In this document: positions 8,500 to 18,318 of the stretch, one piece after another
Layout of the letters: the number at the start of each line of letters is the position of its first letter
How positions within the stretch are numbered: the first letter of the stretch is position 1
Assembly: GCA_028876365.1 (NCBI GenBank)
Contig: JAGWRZ010000019.1
Coordinates: 1 to 59,563 of the forward strand
DNA: 59,563 nt
Direction of reading: 5' to 3'
DNA from: Acidobacteriota bacterium
GTDB lineage: Bacteria > Actinomycetota > Thermoleophilia > Gaiellales > Gaiellaceae
Translations under genes and position numbers: made by a program
Notes under the pieces: model-generated
What the model was told of the DNA's origin: nothing
What the model saw: only the letters and a program-made list of their open reading frames with translations
The model's database searches: none

Positions 8500-9291
8500 T
8501 TGCTTCTGCGCGAGGTCGAGTACGTCAAGCCCTCCTCGCTCGCCGACGCGCTCGCCGCCCTCGCCGCGAACGACGGGGCGCGGGCGCTCGCGGGCGGCCA
8601 GACCCTGATCAACGTGATGAAGGCGCGAGCCGCGTCGCCGGACGTCCTCGTCGACCTCAACGGGCTCGACGAGCTGAAGGGGATCGAGCTCGCCGCCGAC
8701 GGGACGCTCTCGATCGGCCCGATGACGACGTACGCGGAGCTCGTCGGCTCGGCGGAGGCGCGGGCGCGGCCGATCCTCGGCGAGGTCTGCGCGCAGATCG
8801 CCGACGTGCAGGTGCGCAACCGCGGCACGATCGGCGGCAATCTCTGCTCGAACGATCCGACGAACCACCTTCCGCCGCTGATGGCCGCGGTGGGCGCAGA
8901 GCTGACGATCGCCGGTGAAGACGGCGAGCGCACGGTCCCGGCCTCGGCCTTCTTCCTGGGCGTCTACATGACCGCGGTGCAGCAGGGCGAGCTCCTGACG
9001 CGGATCACGGTCCCGGCAGGCAAGCGTGACGGCTTCGCCGCCGTGACGCTCGGCGTCGACGGCACGTGCATCGCCAATGCGGCTGCGAGCCTCGACGGCT
9101 CGCTCCGCATTGCGCTCGGCTGCGTCGATGCGGTGCCGGTGCTCGTCGAGGCGGGATCGCCCGACGACGTGCGCGCCGCGGTGCGCGCCGCGAAGCTGGA
9201 TCCGCCGTCGGACGTGCACGCGTCGGGTGCGTACCGCGCGCATCTCGCCGAGGTGCTCGCCGAGCGCGCCGCGAGGCAGGCGATGCGCTGA
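8500..9291 (+). CDS. molybdo-flavoprotein dehydrogenase, FAD-binding medium subunit (CoxM/CutM-like)
   Basis: TTG start. The FAD_binding_5-type sequence is ALAGGQTLINVMKARAASPDVLVDLNGLDELKGIE ... RNRGTIGGNLC. Confidence 0.9.
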   Translation: MLLREVEYVKPSSLADALAALAANDGARALAGGQTLINVMKARAASPDVLVDLNGLDELKGIELAADGTLSIGPMTTYAELVGSAEARARPILGEVCAQIADVQVRNRGTIGGNLCSNDPTNHLPPLMAAVGAELTIAGEDGERTVPASAFFLGVYMTAVQQGELLTRITVPAGKRDGFAAVTLGVDGTCIANAAASLDGSLRIALGCVDAVPVLVEAGSPDDVRAAVRAAKLDPPSDVHASGAYRAHLAEVLAERAARQAMR

Positions 9292-9743
9292 TGGAGGTCA
9301 CGGTCACCGTCAACGGAACCGCCTACGAGCGCGACGTCGAGCCGCGGAAGCTCCTCATTCATTTCCTCCGCGACGACCTCGACCTCACCGGCAGCCACAT
9401 CGGCTGCGACACCGGAAACTGCGGCGCGTGCTCGATCATCGTCGACGGCGTGCTCGTGAAGAGCTGCATGCTGCTCGCCGTCCAGGCGGATGGAAGCGAG
9501 ATCGAGACCGTCGAGGGCCTCGCCGACGGCGACCGCCTGACCGAGCTCCAGCAGGCGTTCAGCGACCACCACGCGCTCCAGTGCGGCTATTGCACGCCGG
9601 GGATGCTGATGAGCGCGACGGCGCTTCTGCGCGCGAACGCGAGCCCGAGCGACGAGGAGATCAAGAAGGCGCTCCAGGGCAACATCTGCCGCTGCACCGG
9701 CTACTGGAACATCTTCGAAGCCGTGAAGTCGGTGGCGAGATGA
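9291..9743 (+). CDS. [2Fe-2S]-binding small subunit (CoxS/CutS-like)
   Basis: The ATG at 9291 overlaps the previous stop by 1 nt. Both cluster motifs are present (CDTGNCGACSIIVDG and QCGYCTPGM...CRCTGY). Confidence 0.93.
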   Translation: MEVTVTVNGTAYERDVEPRKLLIHFLRDDLDLTGSHIGCDTGNCGACSIIVDGVLVKSCMLLAVQADGSEIETVEGLADGDRLTELQQAFSDHHALQCGYCTPGMLMSATALLRANASPSDEEIKKALQGNICRCTGYWNIFEAVKSVAR

Positions 9744-12151
9744 CGACCGTCGCTCCGCAGGTCGAGATCGGAAGGAGCACGCTCGGGGAGAGCGTCCCCC
9801 GCAAGGAGGACCGGCGTCTCACGCAGGGCCAGGGCGTCTTCGTCGACGACGTCAAGCGGCACGGGATGGGATACCTCCACTTCGTCCGGTCGCCGTACGC
9901 GCATGCGCACATCGCGTCCATCGACGTCTCGAGGGCGGAGGAGATCAAGGGCGTGTACGGGACCCTGACCGGTGAAGAGGTCGCCGCGCTGACCGATCCG
10001 TTCTTCCAGATCGCCGGCGCGCCGGGGGGACAGATCAAGGACTTCTCCCTTGCCGTCGGCAAGGTGCGCTACGTCGGCGAGCCCGTCGTCGCGGTCGTCG
10101 CGGAGACGCGCGAGCTCGCGCGCGACGCCTCCGAGCTGGTCGAGGTCGAGTACGAGCCGCTCCCTGCGCTCGTCGACGCGCGCAAGGCCCTCGACCCGGA
10201 GGCGCCCGTCCTCCACGACGACGCCGGCGCGAACCTCATGTGGGAGGGCGTGTACGAATGGGGAGATCTCGACGCTGCGTTCGCCGAGGCGGATCGCGTC
10301 GTCCGGATCCCGGAGCTCCATTTCCACCGCTTCAACTCGACGCCGCTCGAATGCGACGGCGCGCTCGTCGAGTACAACCGCGGCACCGGGCAGTGGACGA
10401 TCCACACGAACAATCAGTTCCCCGGGTTCGCCGCCATCATGATGGGGCCGGCGATGCGGACGGGGCTGGACAAGCTCCGCTTCGTCACCCAGGACATCGG
10501 CGGCGGCTTCGGTAACAAGATCACATCGCACCCGCAGCTCGTCGTTTGCTGCCTGCTCGCCCGCAAGCTCAACCGACCGGTCCAGTGGACCGAATGGCGC
10601 ACCGACTTCCACCTTTCGATGTCCCACGGGAACGAGCGCTGGTTCCGTGAGACGGAGGTAGCGGTCAAGGACGATGGGACGCTCCTCGGGTTCCGCACGA
10701 AGGCGCTCGACGACGCAGGCGCGTGGCTTCGCTACGAGCCTCTCGGCGGAGTCATCTGGGCGCAGGTCACCCCGGGCATGTACCGCTGGCGGAACATCCG
10801 CGTCGACTTCACGCAGGTGGCGACGAACAAGGCGCCGGTCTCTCCGAACCGCGGCTACTCGCGCATGCAGCACCTCTGGTTCACGGAGCGCGTCATCGAC
10901 ATCGTCGCACGCGAGCTCCAGCTCGATCCGGTCGAGGTCCGGAAGCGCAACTACGTCCGCGTCGAGGACATGCCGTACGAGACGCCGAACGGCTGCGTCT
11001 ACGACTCGGGCGATTACGCGCAGATGCTCGACATCGCGCTCGACCTCATCGGCTGGGACTCGATGAACGACCGGCGTGCCGACGCAGCCGCGCGTGGCAA
11101 GCGGCTCGGCGTCGGCATCGGCTCGACGCTCGACTCCGGCACGAACAACTTCGGGCAGTCGCGCCTCATCAATCCGGAGCTGCAGTTCTCCGGCAACAAC
11201 GAGGTCGCGACGGTGAAGCTCGACATCTTCGGCGAGATCGTCGTCACACTCGGGACGACACCGCAGGGGCAGGGTCACGAGACGACCGCCGCGCAGGTCG
11301 TGGCGGAGATCCTCAACTGCTCCGTCGACGACGTGCACGTGCGCGCCGGCCACGACTCGTACTGGAACTCGCACGCCGGCTTCTCGGGCACGTACGCGAG
11401 CCAGTTCGCGGTCACGGGGCTGTCGGCCGTGAAGGGCGCGACCGAGATGCTCGCCGCCGAGATCAAGAAGCTCGCCGGGGCGGTCTTCGGCGGCGTCCCG
11501 GCCGACGCGCTCGAGCTCGCCGACGGTGGCGTTCGCATCAAGGAGAGCCCGGACGCGTTCCTGCCGTTCATGGCATGCGGCGCGATCATCAACGCGAACA
11601 ACGCCGGCCTGCCGGACGACCTCGGCGTGACGCTCAACTGCCGCTATGTCTACCGGCCGCCCTTCCAGGTGCCGGACGTCGAGCGCAAGTTCGGGAACCT
11701 GACGCTCACCTACGCGGCGCAGATCCACGTCGCCGTGGTCGAGGTCGATCCGGAGACCGGCTATTACGACATCGTCGACTACGCCGCCGTCGACGACTGC
11801 GGCAAGCGGATCAACCCGCAGATCGTCGAGGGCCAGGTCATGGGCGCGACCGCGCAGGCGCTCGGCGCCGCCGTTCACGAGGTCTTCTCCTACGACGAGG
11901 ACGGCAACTTGCTGACGCCGAACTTCTACGACTACCACGTGCCGCACGCGCTCGACATGCCGCGGCTCCAGACCGGATACGTCGAGAGCCCGTCCCCGTT
12001 CACGCCGCTCGGGACGAAGGGGATGGGCGAGGGTGGAGGCGCAGGCATCCACGCCGTGTGCGCAGCGATCCAGGACGCCACGGGCGCCGTCGTCACGACG
12101 AGCCACAACCCCTACCACCGCGTGTGGGAGCTCCTCGAGGAGACGGCGTGA
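9740..12151 (+). CDS. molybdopterin-binding large subunit, xanthine-dehydrogenase/CoxL family, substrate unknown
   Basis: ATGA overlap at 9740-9743. 803 aa. Family motifs are present (DIGGGFGNK, GTTPQGQGHETTAAQV, GTKGMGEGGGAG). Neither CO-dehydrogenase signature (AYRCSFR or AYRGAGR) occurs in the translation. Confidence 0.92.
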   Translation: MTTVAPQVEIGRSTLGESVPRKEDRRLTQGQGVFVDDVKRHGMGYLHFVRSPYAHAHIASIDVSRAEEIKGVYGTLTGEEVAALTDPFFQIAGAPGGQIKDFSLAVGKVRYVGEPVVAVVAETRELARDASELVEVEYEPLPALVDARKALDPEAPVLHDDAGANLMWEGVYEWGDLDAAFAEADRVVRIPELHFHRFNSTPLECDGALVEYNRGTGQWTIHTNNQFPGFAAIMMGPAMRTGLDKLRFVTQDIGGGFGNKITSHPQLVVCCLLARKLNRPVQWTEWRTDFHLSMSHGNERWFRETEVAVKDDGTLLGFRTKALDDAGAWLRYEPLGGVIWAQVTPGMYRWRNIRVDFTQVATNKAPVSPNRGYSRMQHLWFTERVIDIVARELQLDPVEVRKRNYVRVEDMPYETPNGCVYDSGDYAQMLDIALDLIGWDSMNDRRADAAARGKRLGVGIGSTLDSGTNNFGQSRLINPELQFSGNNEVATVKLDIFGEIVVTLGTTPQGQGHETTAAQVVAEILNCSVDDVHVRAGHDSYWNSHAGFSGTYASQFAVTGLSAVKGATEMLAAEIKKLAGAVFGGVPADALELADGGVRIKESPDAFLPFMACGAIINANNAGLPDDLGVTLNCRYVYRPPFQVPDVERKFGNLTLTYAAQIHVAVVEVDPETGYYDIVDYAAVDDCGKRINPQIVEGQVMGATAQALGAAVHEVFSYDEDGNLLTPNFYDYHVPHALDMPRLQTGYVESPSPFTPLGTKGMGEGGGAGIHAVCAAIQDATGAVVTTSHNPYHRVWELLEETA

Positions 12152-12597
12152 ACGTCAACGGGGAGCGGACGTTCGACGCGCCGCGCGACACGGTCTGGCG
12201 GGTGCTCAACGATCCGGCGGCGATGGCGAAGGTGATGCCGGGGGTCGAGGCCTTCGATGTCCACGACGATCGCAAGTGGACGGCGCACGTGAAGATCCCG
12301 CTCGGCCTCGGCGGCCTGAAGATGAAGGTCGACATGGAGAAGGTCGAGGAGCGCGAGCCCGAGTTCGCGAAGATGGCGATCAAGGGCGCGGGGGTCGGGG
12401 CGATGCTCAACATGGAGACGTCTTTCGATCTCGCCGACAACGGCGGGACCTGCGCGATGAAGTGGGCTGCAGAGGTGAAGATCGCCGGCCCGGTCGGCTC
12501 GATGGGACAGCGCGTGCTCCAGCCGATCGTGAACCAGCAGGTCGAGCAGGTGCTGTCCGCGCTCGACGCTCAGGTGCAAGAAGCGCAGAAGCAGTAG
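12148..12597 (+). CDS. CoxG-like SRPBCC-fold protein
   Basis: GTGA overlap with the large-subunit gene. 149 aa. The sequence FDAPRDTVWRVLNDPAAMAKVMPGVE is typical of CoxG/polyketide-cyclase-fold proteins. Confidence 0.8.
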   Translation: MNVNGERTFDAPRDTVWRVLNDPAAMAKVMPGVEAFDVHDDRKWTAHVKIPLGLGGLKMKVDMEKVEEREPEFAKMAIKGAGVGAMLNMETSFDLADNGGTCAMKWAAEVKIAGPVGSMGQRVLQPIVNQQVEQVLSALDAQVQEAQKQ

Positions 12598-13631
12598 TGC
12601 CGCGGCCCTTCCGCATCGGCGTCATGCAGTTGACGATGGAGCCGCTCGACGAGATGCTCGCGTCCGCCCGGGCGATGGATGACGCGGGCATGGACACGAT
12701 CTGGCTCGCGGAGGCATACCCGTGGTGGCGCAAGCACGGGATGGAGGCGCGTTCGTCCACGGGCGTCGCCGCGCTCATGGGGCGCGAGACGAAGCGGCTG
12801 ACCATCGGGTGGGGGATCATCGCCGCGTCGACGCGGCACCCCGTCCAGGCGGCGATGGACGCACGCGTCGTGCAGGAGGCGGCCGGCCCGGGCCGGTTCA
12901 TCCTCGGCTTCGGCACGTCGAAGATCTTTCTCAACAACACGAAGACGCAGACGAACAAGACGCTCGGCCCGATGCGCGACGCGGTCATGATCGCGCGCGG
13001 CGTTCTCGGCGGCGAGCGGTTCGAGTACGACGGTGACACCTGGAGCGCCGACGTCCCCGCTCTGGCGCCGGACGCGCATGCGCCACGCGAGGTCCCACCC
13101 GTGTACGTCGCGGCGACGGCGCCGAAGATGCAGCAGCTCGCCGGCGCGATCGCGGACGGGTGCCTGACCCCTTCGATCACGACGCCGGACTTCGTCCGCT
13201 ACACGCGCGAGAACGTCGGGCCGGACATCGACGTCGGCTGTACGGTCGTCGCGTCGATTCACGAGACCGACCGTGGCGCCGGACGCGACGGCGCCCGCGA
13301 GATCGCCGGGATGTACCTCGCGAACAAGGTGCAGAACATCCAGGGCTCCGCAGACACCCTGCTCGACCTCGCGGGCATCGAGCAGGACGAGATCCGTCCC
13401 GTCGCGGAGGCGATGGAGCGCGGCGGGCGCCTCGCGGCGAAGGCGGAGGTCTCGGATGCGCTGCTCGACAAGTGCAGACCGATCGCCGGAACGCCTGCCG
13501 ACTGCATCGCAGCGATCGAGGACTATCGTGACGCCGGGTGCACTCACGTGATGTTGGAGCTGTGGGGCGCGAACCGGCACGAGCAGATCAGGCTGTTCGG
13601 CGAGAAGGTGCTGCCCCACTTCAGGTCATGA
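12597..13631 (+). CDS. LLM-class (luciferase-like) flavin/F420-dependent oxidoreductase
   Basis: The GTG at 12597 overlaps the coxG-like TAG by 1 nt. An alternative ATG lies about 27 nt downstream. The TIM-barrel LLM pattern is present (DDAGMDTIWLAEAY...FILGFGTS...CTHVMLEL). Confidence 0.8.
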   Translation: MPRPFRIGVMQLTMEPLDEMLASARAMDDAGMDTIWLAEAYPWWRKHGMEARSSTGVAALMGRETKRLTIGWGIIAASTRHPVQAAMDARVVQEAAGPGRFILGFGTSKIFLNNTKTQTNKTLGPMRDAVMIARGVLGGERFEYDGDTWSADVPALAPDAHAPREVPPVYVAATAPKMQQLAGAIADGCLTPSITTPDFVRYTRENVGPDIDVGCTVVASIHETDRGAGRDGAREIAGMYLANKVQNIQGSADTLLDLAGIEQDEIRPVAEAMERGGRLAAKAEVSDALLDKCRPIAGTPADCIAAIEDYRDAGCTHVMLELWGANRHEQIRLFGEKVLPHFRS

Positions 13632-14833
13632 ACGTCGACCGGGACAGGCTCGTGGAGTGGGCGAGCCGCGCGATCGGGACGCCGAGCTTCACCGGCGACG
13701 AGCAGGCGATGGCCGAGCTGATGGCGCAGACGCTCGATGCGATGGGCCTGCACGTGCAGTGGCAGCAGGTCGAGGACGGCCGCGCGAACGTGCTTGCGAC
13801 GCGAAGCGGGGCGGGCGGGGGCAAGAGCCTCATGCTCAACGGCCACATGGACACCTCGTACTCGGGGCGCGAGCCGTGGCTCCGCTCCGTCCCAGGGTTC
13901 CAACCCGCCGCGTTCGAGCGCGACGGCCGCCTCTACGGGCTCGGCATCTCGAACATGAAGGGCGCTCTCGCCTGCTACGTCGAGGCGCTCCGCGCGCTCG
14001 ACGACGCCGGCGTCCGGCTGAACGGCGACGTGCTCGTCGCGGCCGTCTCGGGCGAGATCGAGAAGACGCAGCAGGGCGACGCGCAGGGCGCGCAGTACCG
14101 CGGCTACGCCGCCGGGACGCGCTATCTCGTCTCGCACGGCGGCGTCGCCGACATGTGCCTCCTCGGCGAGCCGACCGAGGGCAAGGTCGTCCTGGGGCAC
14201 TTCGGGTCGCTCTGGGTGCGCATCCGTGTGCACGGCGGGTTCATCCACACCGCCTTCAGCGAGGGAAAGAGCGGCGAGAACTCGATCCTGCGCATGCGCG
14301 ACGTCCTCGCCGCCGTGCAGGAGTGGATCCCGGCGTGGGAGGGCGACCCGTCGAATGCCTATCGCGGCACGAGGGCGATCGTCAACGTCGGCGCGATCGA
14401 AGGCGGCTTCGGCTGGCGGGTCTCGCGAACGCCGCATCACACCGACCTCTTCCTCGATGTTCGCGTCCCGCCGACGAAGCCGATGGCGAAGGCGCGTGCG
14501 GAGGTGCTGGAGATGGTGCGCGGGCTTCCGCACGACGCCGAGGGCGAGGTCTACGTGACGGCTCCCGGGGCCGAGATCGAGGAGGAGCACGATCTCGTAT
14601 GCGCGGTCGACGCTGCCCACGAGGCCGTCTTCGGAGCGAAGCCCGAACGCGACGTGACACGCTGGTTCAGCGATGCGTCCGCGTTGACGCGCTACGGCGT
14701 GCCGACGCTGAATTACGGAACGTCGACGGGCCTGATGGACGTCGAGCTCGGCGAGAATCTCGAGATCGACGGTCTCGTGAAGACCGCCGAGGTCTATGCG
14801 CGTGTCGCGATGGAGGTGTGCGGTGTCGCCTGA
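13628..14833 (+). CDS. M20-family metallo-amidohydrolase (ArgE/DapE/acylase-like)
   Basis: ATGA overlap. Motifs are LMLNGHMDTS, YGLGISNMKGAL and VSGEIEK. Confidence 0.85.
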   Translation: MNVDRDRLVEWASRAIGTPSFTGDEQAMAELMAQTLDAMGLHVQWQQVEDGRANVLATRSGAGGGKSLMLNGHMDTSYSGREPWLRSVPGFQPAAFERDGRLYGLGISNMKGALACYVEALRALDDAGVRLNGDVLVAAVSGEIEKTQQGDAQGAQYRGYAAGTRYLVSHGGVADMCLLGEPTEGKVVLGHFGSLWVRIRVHGGFIHTAFSEGKSGENSILRMRDVLAAVQEWIPAWEGDPSNAYRGTRAIVNVGAIEGGFGWRVSRTPHHTDLFLDVRVPPTKPMAKARAEVLEMVRGLPHDAEGEVYVTAPGAEIEEEHDLVCAVDAAHEAVFGAKPERDVTRWFSDASALTRYGVPTLNYGTSTGLMDVELGENLEIDGLVKTAEVYARVAMEVCGVA

Positions 14834-15359
14834 CGTCTACACGCTGCCGCCGGGCCTCCCGGTGCCGCGGGACGACGGCGGGGCCGACCATCTCGTCGGC
14901 CTCGACCTTCCCGACCTGACGCTCGACTCCTCCGTGGGGCCGGTGAGCGTCCGCGATTTCACGGTCGTCTACGTCTATCCGCGCAGCGGCCGGCCGGACG
15001 TCCCGCTGTTGCCCGGGTGGGACGAGACGCCCGGCGCGCGCGGCTGCACGCCTCAATCGTGCGCCTTCCGCGATCTCCATGCGGACTTTCGCGTTCCCGT
15101 CGCCGGGCTCTCCGCTCAGTCGCTCGAGGACCAGATCGAGTTCGCGGAGCGCAACGGCATGCCATTCCCCATCGTCTCCGACCCGGAGCGGAAGCTCGGC
15201 GCCGCGCTCGGCCTGCCGACGTTCACGATCGCCGGACTCACTCTTTACAAGCGCATCACGCTGGTCGCCGAGGATGGCCGGATCGTGAAGGTCTTCTATC
15301 CCGTCTTCCCCCCGGACGCGAACGCCGGCGACGTGCTCGCGTACCTGCGCTCGAGATGA
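14823..15359 (+). CDS. redoxin / Bcp(PrxQ)-like peroxiredoxin
   Basis: I prefer the GTG at 14823 (11-nt overlap). The track start at 14796 would overlap the M20 gene by 38 nt. The peroxidatic motif is TPGARGCTPQSCAFRD (CxxxxC). Confidence 0.72.
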   Translation: MSPDVYTLPPGLPVPRDDGGADHLVGLDLPDLTLDSSVGPVSVRDFTVVYVYPRSGRPDVPLLPGWDETPGARGCTPQSCAFRDLHADFRVPVAGLSAQSLEDQIEFAERNGMPFPIVSDPERKLGAALGLPTFTIAGLTLYKRITLVAEDGRIVKVFYPVFPPDANAGDVLAYLRSR

Positions 15360-16204
15360 AGCTCGTCACCTACGACGACGGGAAGGTCGGGCGGATCGAG
15401 GGCGAGGAGATCGTCCGCCTCGACGTCCCGTCGATGCGCGAGTACTTCGAACTGGGCGGCGCCGACGACGGAGGCGAGCGCACACCGCTCGCAGATGCGC
15501 GGCTGCGCGCGCCGATCGTCCCGAAGAAGTTCTTCCACACCTCGGGGAACTTCCGCGAGCACGAGGACGAGTCGAAGCGGGTTGCCTGGTCGCACGAGAT
15601 CGCCCCGTGGATCGTCTTCTTCCAGAACGTCGACGCGATCGTCGGCCCCGACGAGCCGGTCGTCCACCCCGAGCATCTGACTGACGAGCTCGACTACGAG
15701 CTCGAGCTCGCCGTGATCATCGGCAAGGACGCGAAGTGGTTCGGGCCCGAGGAGGCCATGGGCCTCGTCGCCGGGTACACGATCTTCAACGACATCACGG
15801 CGCGCGACATCCAGCGGAACGAGATGCGTAGCGGTGTCTTCTCCTTCTGCAAGGCGATCGACACGTTCTGCCCGCTCGGCCCATGGATCGTCACCCCCGA
15901 CGAGGTCGGCGACCCCCATCACCTCGGTATGGAGCTGCGCGTCAACGGACAGGCACGACAGGTCTCGAACATGAGCCACATGACCCCGACGGTGCCCGAG
16001 GTCCTCGCGCACTACTCTGCGCTCGGCTTCTCGGCGGGGGACGTCCTCTCTCTCGGCACCGTGAGCGGCGTCGCAGGCTTCAGCGAGGACGCGGCGTCGC
16101 TCTACCTGCGGCCCGGCGACGTCATCGAGGCGGAGATCGAGCGCATCGGCGTGCTGCGCAACCCGGTCGTCTCGTGGGCGGAAGGGCACCCGAATGGCGG
16201 CTAG
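15356..16204 (+). CDS. fumarylacetoacetate hydrolase (FAH) family protein
   Basis: ATGA overlap. The FAH C-terminal domain is present ([14 protein letters not shown]...[12 protein letters not shown]...[14 protein letters not shown]). Confidence 0.9.
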   Translation: MKLVTYDDGKVGRIEGEEIVRLDVPSMREYFELGGADDGGERTPLADARLRAPIVPKKFFHTSGNFREHEDESKRVAWSHEIAPWIVFFQNVDAIVGPDEPVVHPEHLTDELDYELELAVIIGKDAKWFGPEEAMGLVAGYTIFNDITARDIQRNEMRSGVFSFCKAIDTFCPLGPWIVTPDEVGDPHHLGMELRVNGQARQVSNMSHMTPTVPEVLAHYSALGFSAGDVLSLGTVSGVAGFSEDAASLYLRPGDVIEAEIERIGVLRNPVVSWAEGHPNGG

Positions 16205-17174
16205 GAAGGCGTTCATCACCGGGATCACGGGCCAGGACGGGTCGTATCTCGCGGAGATCCTGCTCGAGAAGGGCTACGAGGTGTACGGCATGATCCGCCG
16301 CTCGAGCTCCTTCAACACCGCGCGCGTCGATCACATCTTCAACGACGTCAAGCTCGAGTTCGGAGACCTCACCGACGGCTCCGTCCTCAACCAGCTGATG
16401 CGGACGATCCGCCCCGACGAGGTGTACAACCTCGGCGCGCAGAGTCACGTGCAGGTGAGCTTCGGTGTCCCCGAGTACACCGCCGACGCCGACGCGATGG
16501 GAACGCTCCGCCTGCTGGACGCGATCCGCGAGGAGGACGTCACCTGCCGCTTCTACCAGGCGTCGTCGAGCGAGATGTTCGGCAAGGTGCGCGAGTCGCC
16601 GCAAACGGAGGAAACGCCGTTCCATCCGCGCAGCCCGTACGGCGTCAGCAAGGTCTTCGGCTACTGGATCACACGCAACTACCGCGAGGCGTACGGGATG
16701 TACGCCGTCAACGGGATCCTGTTCAACCACGAGTCGCCACGCCGCGGCCCGACCTTCGTCACGCGGAAGATCACGCGCGCGGTCGGCGCGATCCTGCGCG
16801 GCGAGCAGGACGAGCTGCGCCTCGGCAACCTCGAGGCGAAGCGCGACTGGGGCTACGCGCGCGATTACATGGACGGCGCCTGGAGGATGCTCCAGGCCGA
16901 CGAGCCGGAGGACTACGTGCTTGCGACCGGCGAGACGCATTCGGTGCGCGAGTTCCTCGAAGAGGCGTTCGGCTATGCGGGGCTCGACTGGAACGAGTAC
17001 GTGAAGATCGACGAGCGCTACTTCCGTCCCGCCGAGGTCGACCTCCTCATCGGCGACTACGCGAAGGCGCGCGAGAAGCTCGGTTGGGAGCCGACCGTGC
17101 GGTTCGCCGAGCTCGTCCGGATGATGGTCGATCACGATCGCGAGCGCGAGCGCACCGAAGAGCACTACGTCTGA
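16194..17174 (+). CDS. gmd: GDP-mannose 4,6-dehydratase
   Basis: 326 aa. The sequence [42 protein letters not shown] and later ASSSEMFG / SPYGVSKV / NHESPRRG match Gmd along the whole length. Confidence 0.92.
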   Translation: MAARKAFITGITGQDGSYLAEILLEKGYEVYGMIRRSSSFNTARVDHIFNDVKLEFGDLTDGSVLNQLMRTIRPDEVYNLGAQSHVQVSFGVPEYTADADAMGTLRLLDAIREEDVTCRFYQASSSEMFGKVRESPQTEETPFHPRSPYGVSKVFGYWITRNYREAYGMYAVNGILFNHESPRRGPTFVTRKITRAVGAILRGEQDELRLGNLEAKRDWGYARDYMDGAWRMLQADEPEDYVLATGETHSVREFLEEAFGYAGLDWNEYVKIDERYFRPAEVDLLIGDYAKAREKLGWEPTVRFAELVRMMVDHDRERERTEEHYV

Positions 17175-17175
17175 G

Positions 17176-18318
17176 GTGAGTTACCCGCTCGACGCTCTCA
17201 GGCTCGAACGCGTGCGTGCGCTCATGGAGGAGCAGGACCTCGACGCGCTCGTCGTGCGTGCGCCTGACAACGTCGTCTATCTGACCAACTTCTGGGGGAT
17301 GAAGGGCTACGACGCGTGTGTGTTCCCGCGTGAGGGCGAGCCAGTGCTCTTCTGCCTCGAGGCGTCGGCCGAGGATGCGGCGCGCACCGCATGGACCGCG
17401 GATGTGAGGTATGTGCGGGGCTACGACGGGTCCGACCCCCGTCCACCGCTCGCACGCACGCTCGACGCGGTCGTCGAGGCTGTGAAGGGATACGGTCGCG
17501 TCGGCATCGAGCTCTCGCTCGGGACCCAGGCGTCCGACAGGATGGTGGGCGAGCCGACCACGTTCACGCGCGCCTGGTTCGATGCCTTCTCCGCCGCGGC
17601 GGACGCGACTCCGCTTCTCGCTCGCGCGCGGGCTCTCAAGACTGACCAGGAGCTCGCACGCATGCGCGTCGCGAACGAGATCGCCGCCGCTGCGATGGAG
17701 CACGTCCGCGGCCGGCTCGAGCCCGGCATGAAGGAGTCGGAGGCCGCCGCCGTCTGGCAGGCGTACGTGCACGGGCAGGGCACCGCGCGCACGGACGTCG
17801 AGCTCGCGCTCCCGTTCTCGCTCGTGTGGGCCGGGAAGGGCATCAAGACGTTCACCGCGACATCGGACCTGCCGGTGGTCGAGGGCGAGCCGGTGCTGTT
17901 CGAGATCTGGGTGTGCGCGGACGGCTACTGGGCCGACCACACGAAGAACCTGGTCGTCGGCGAGCCGACATCCGAGTACGCCGAGCTCGAGGCACGGCTC
18001 ATGTCGGTGTACGCGGCTGCGCTCGACCACATCCGGCCCGGCGCATCCATGGCCGAGCTCGACGTCCTCGTTCGCGACTCGCTCCGCTTCGAGCCCACGC
18101 ATCCGATCTGCCACGGCGTCGGCGCCCGCGCGCACGAGCCTCCGTATCCGCACCGGGCCGCGGGCGGCTCCTTCGAGGAGGGGATGGTGCTCGCGGTCGA
18201 GCCGGGCGTCTACTGGGAAGGCGGCGGTGGGTTGCGCGTGGAGGACAATTTCCTCGTGACACGCGGCGGAGTCGAGAAACTGTCGTCGTTCCCCGACGGG
18301 ATCGTCCGATGTCACTGA
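17176..18318 (+). CDS. M24-family metallopeptidase (Xaa-Pro aminopeptidase/creatinase fold), canonical metal site
   Basis: The GTG lies 1 nt after the gmd stop. An N-terminal creatinase/prolidase domain is present. Metal ligands are readable in CADGYWADHTKN, HGVGARAHE, AVEPGVY and LRVEDNF. Confidence 0.85.
   Translation: MSYPLDALRLERVRALMEEQDLDALVVRAPDNVVYLTNFWGMKGYDACVFPREGEPVLFCLEASAEDAARTAWTADVRYVRGYDGSDPRPPLARTLDAVVEAVKGYGRVGIELSLGTQASDRMVGEPTTFTRAWFDAFSAAADATPLLARARALKTDQELARMRVANEIAAAAMEHVRGRLEPGMKESEAAAVWQAYVHGQGTARTDVELALPFSLVWAGKGIKTFTATSDLPVVEGEPVLFEIWVCADGYWADHTKNLVVGEPTSEYAELEARLMSVYAAALDHIRPGASMAELDVLVRDSLRFEPTHPICHGVGARAHEPPYPHRAAGGSFEEGMVLAVEPGVYWEGGGGLRVEDNFLVTRGGVEKLSSFPDGIVRCH

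Noticed and set aside
7363-9243. 626-aa minus-strand ORF across xdhC and coxM-like
   Set aside because: It is antisense to two genes with clear family motifs. Its composition is Arg/Ala-dominated, so it is a shadow ORF.
9701-12118. 805-aa ORF antisense to the CoxL-like gene
   Set aside because: The plus-strand frame has unmistakable molybdopterin-subunit motifs. The antisense translation is Arg/Asp/Val-rich with no domain, so it is a shadow ORF.
8500-12597. Calling the MSL+G cluster an aerobic carbon monoxide dehydrogenase (coxMSL)
   Set aside because: Neither the form I loop (AYRCSFR) nor the form II loop (AYRGAGR) is present in the large subunit. There are no coxD/E/F-type maturation genes in the window. 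I therefore left it as a hydroxylase of unknown substrate.
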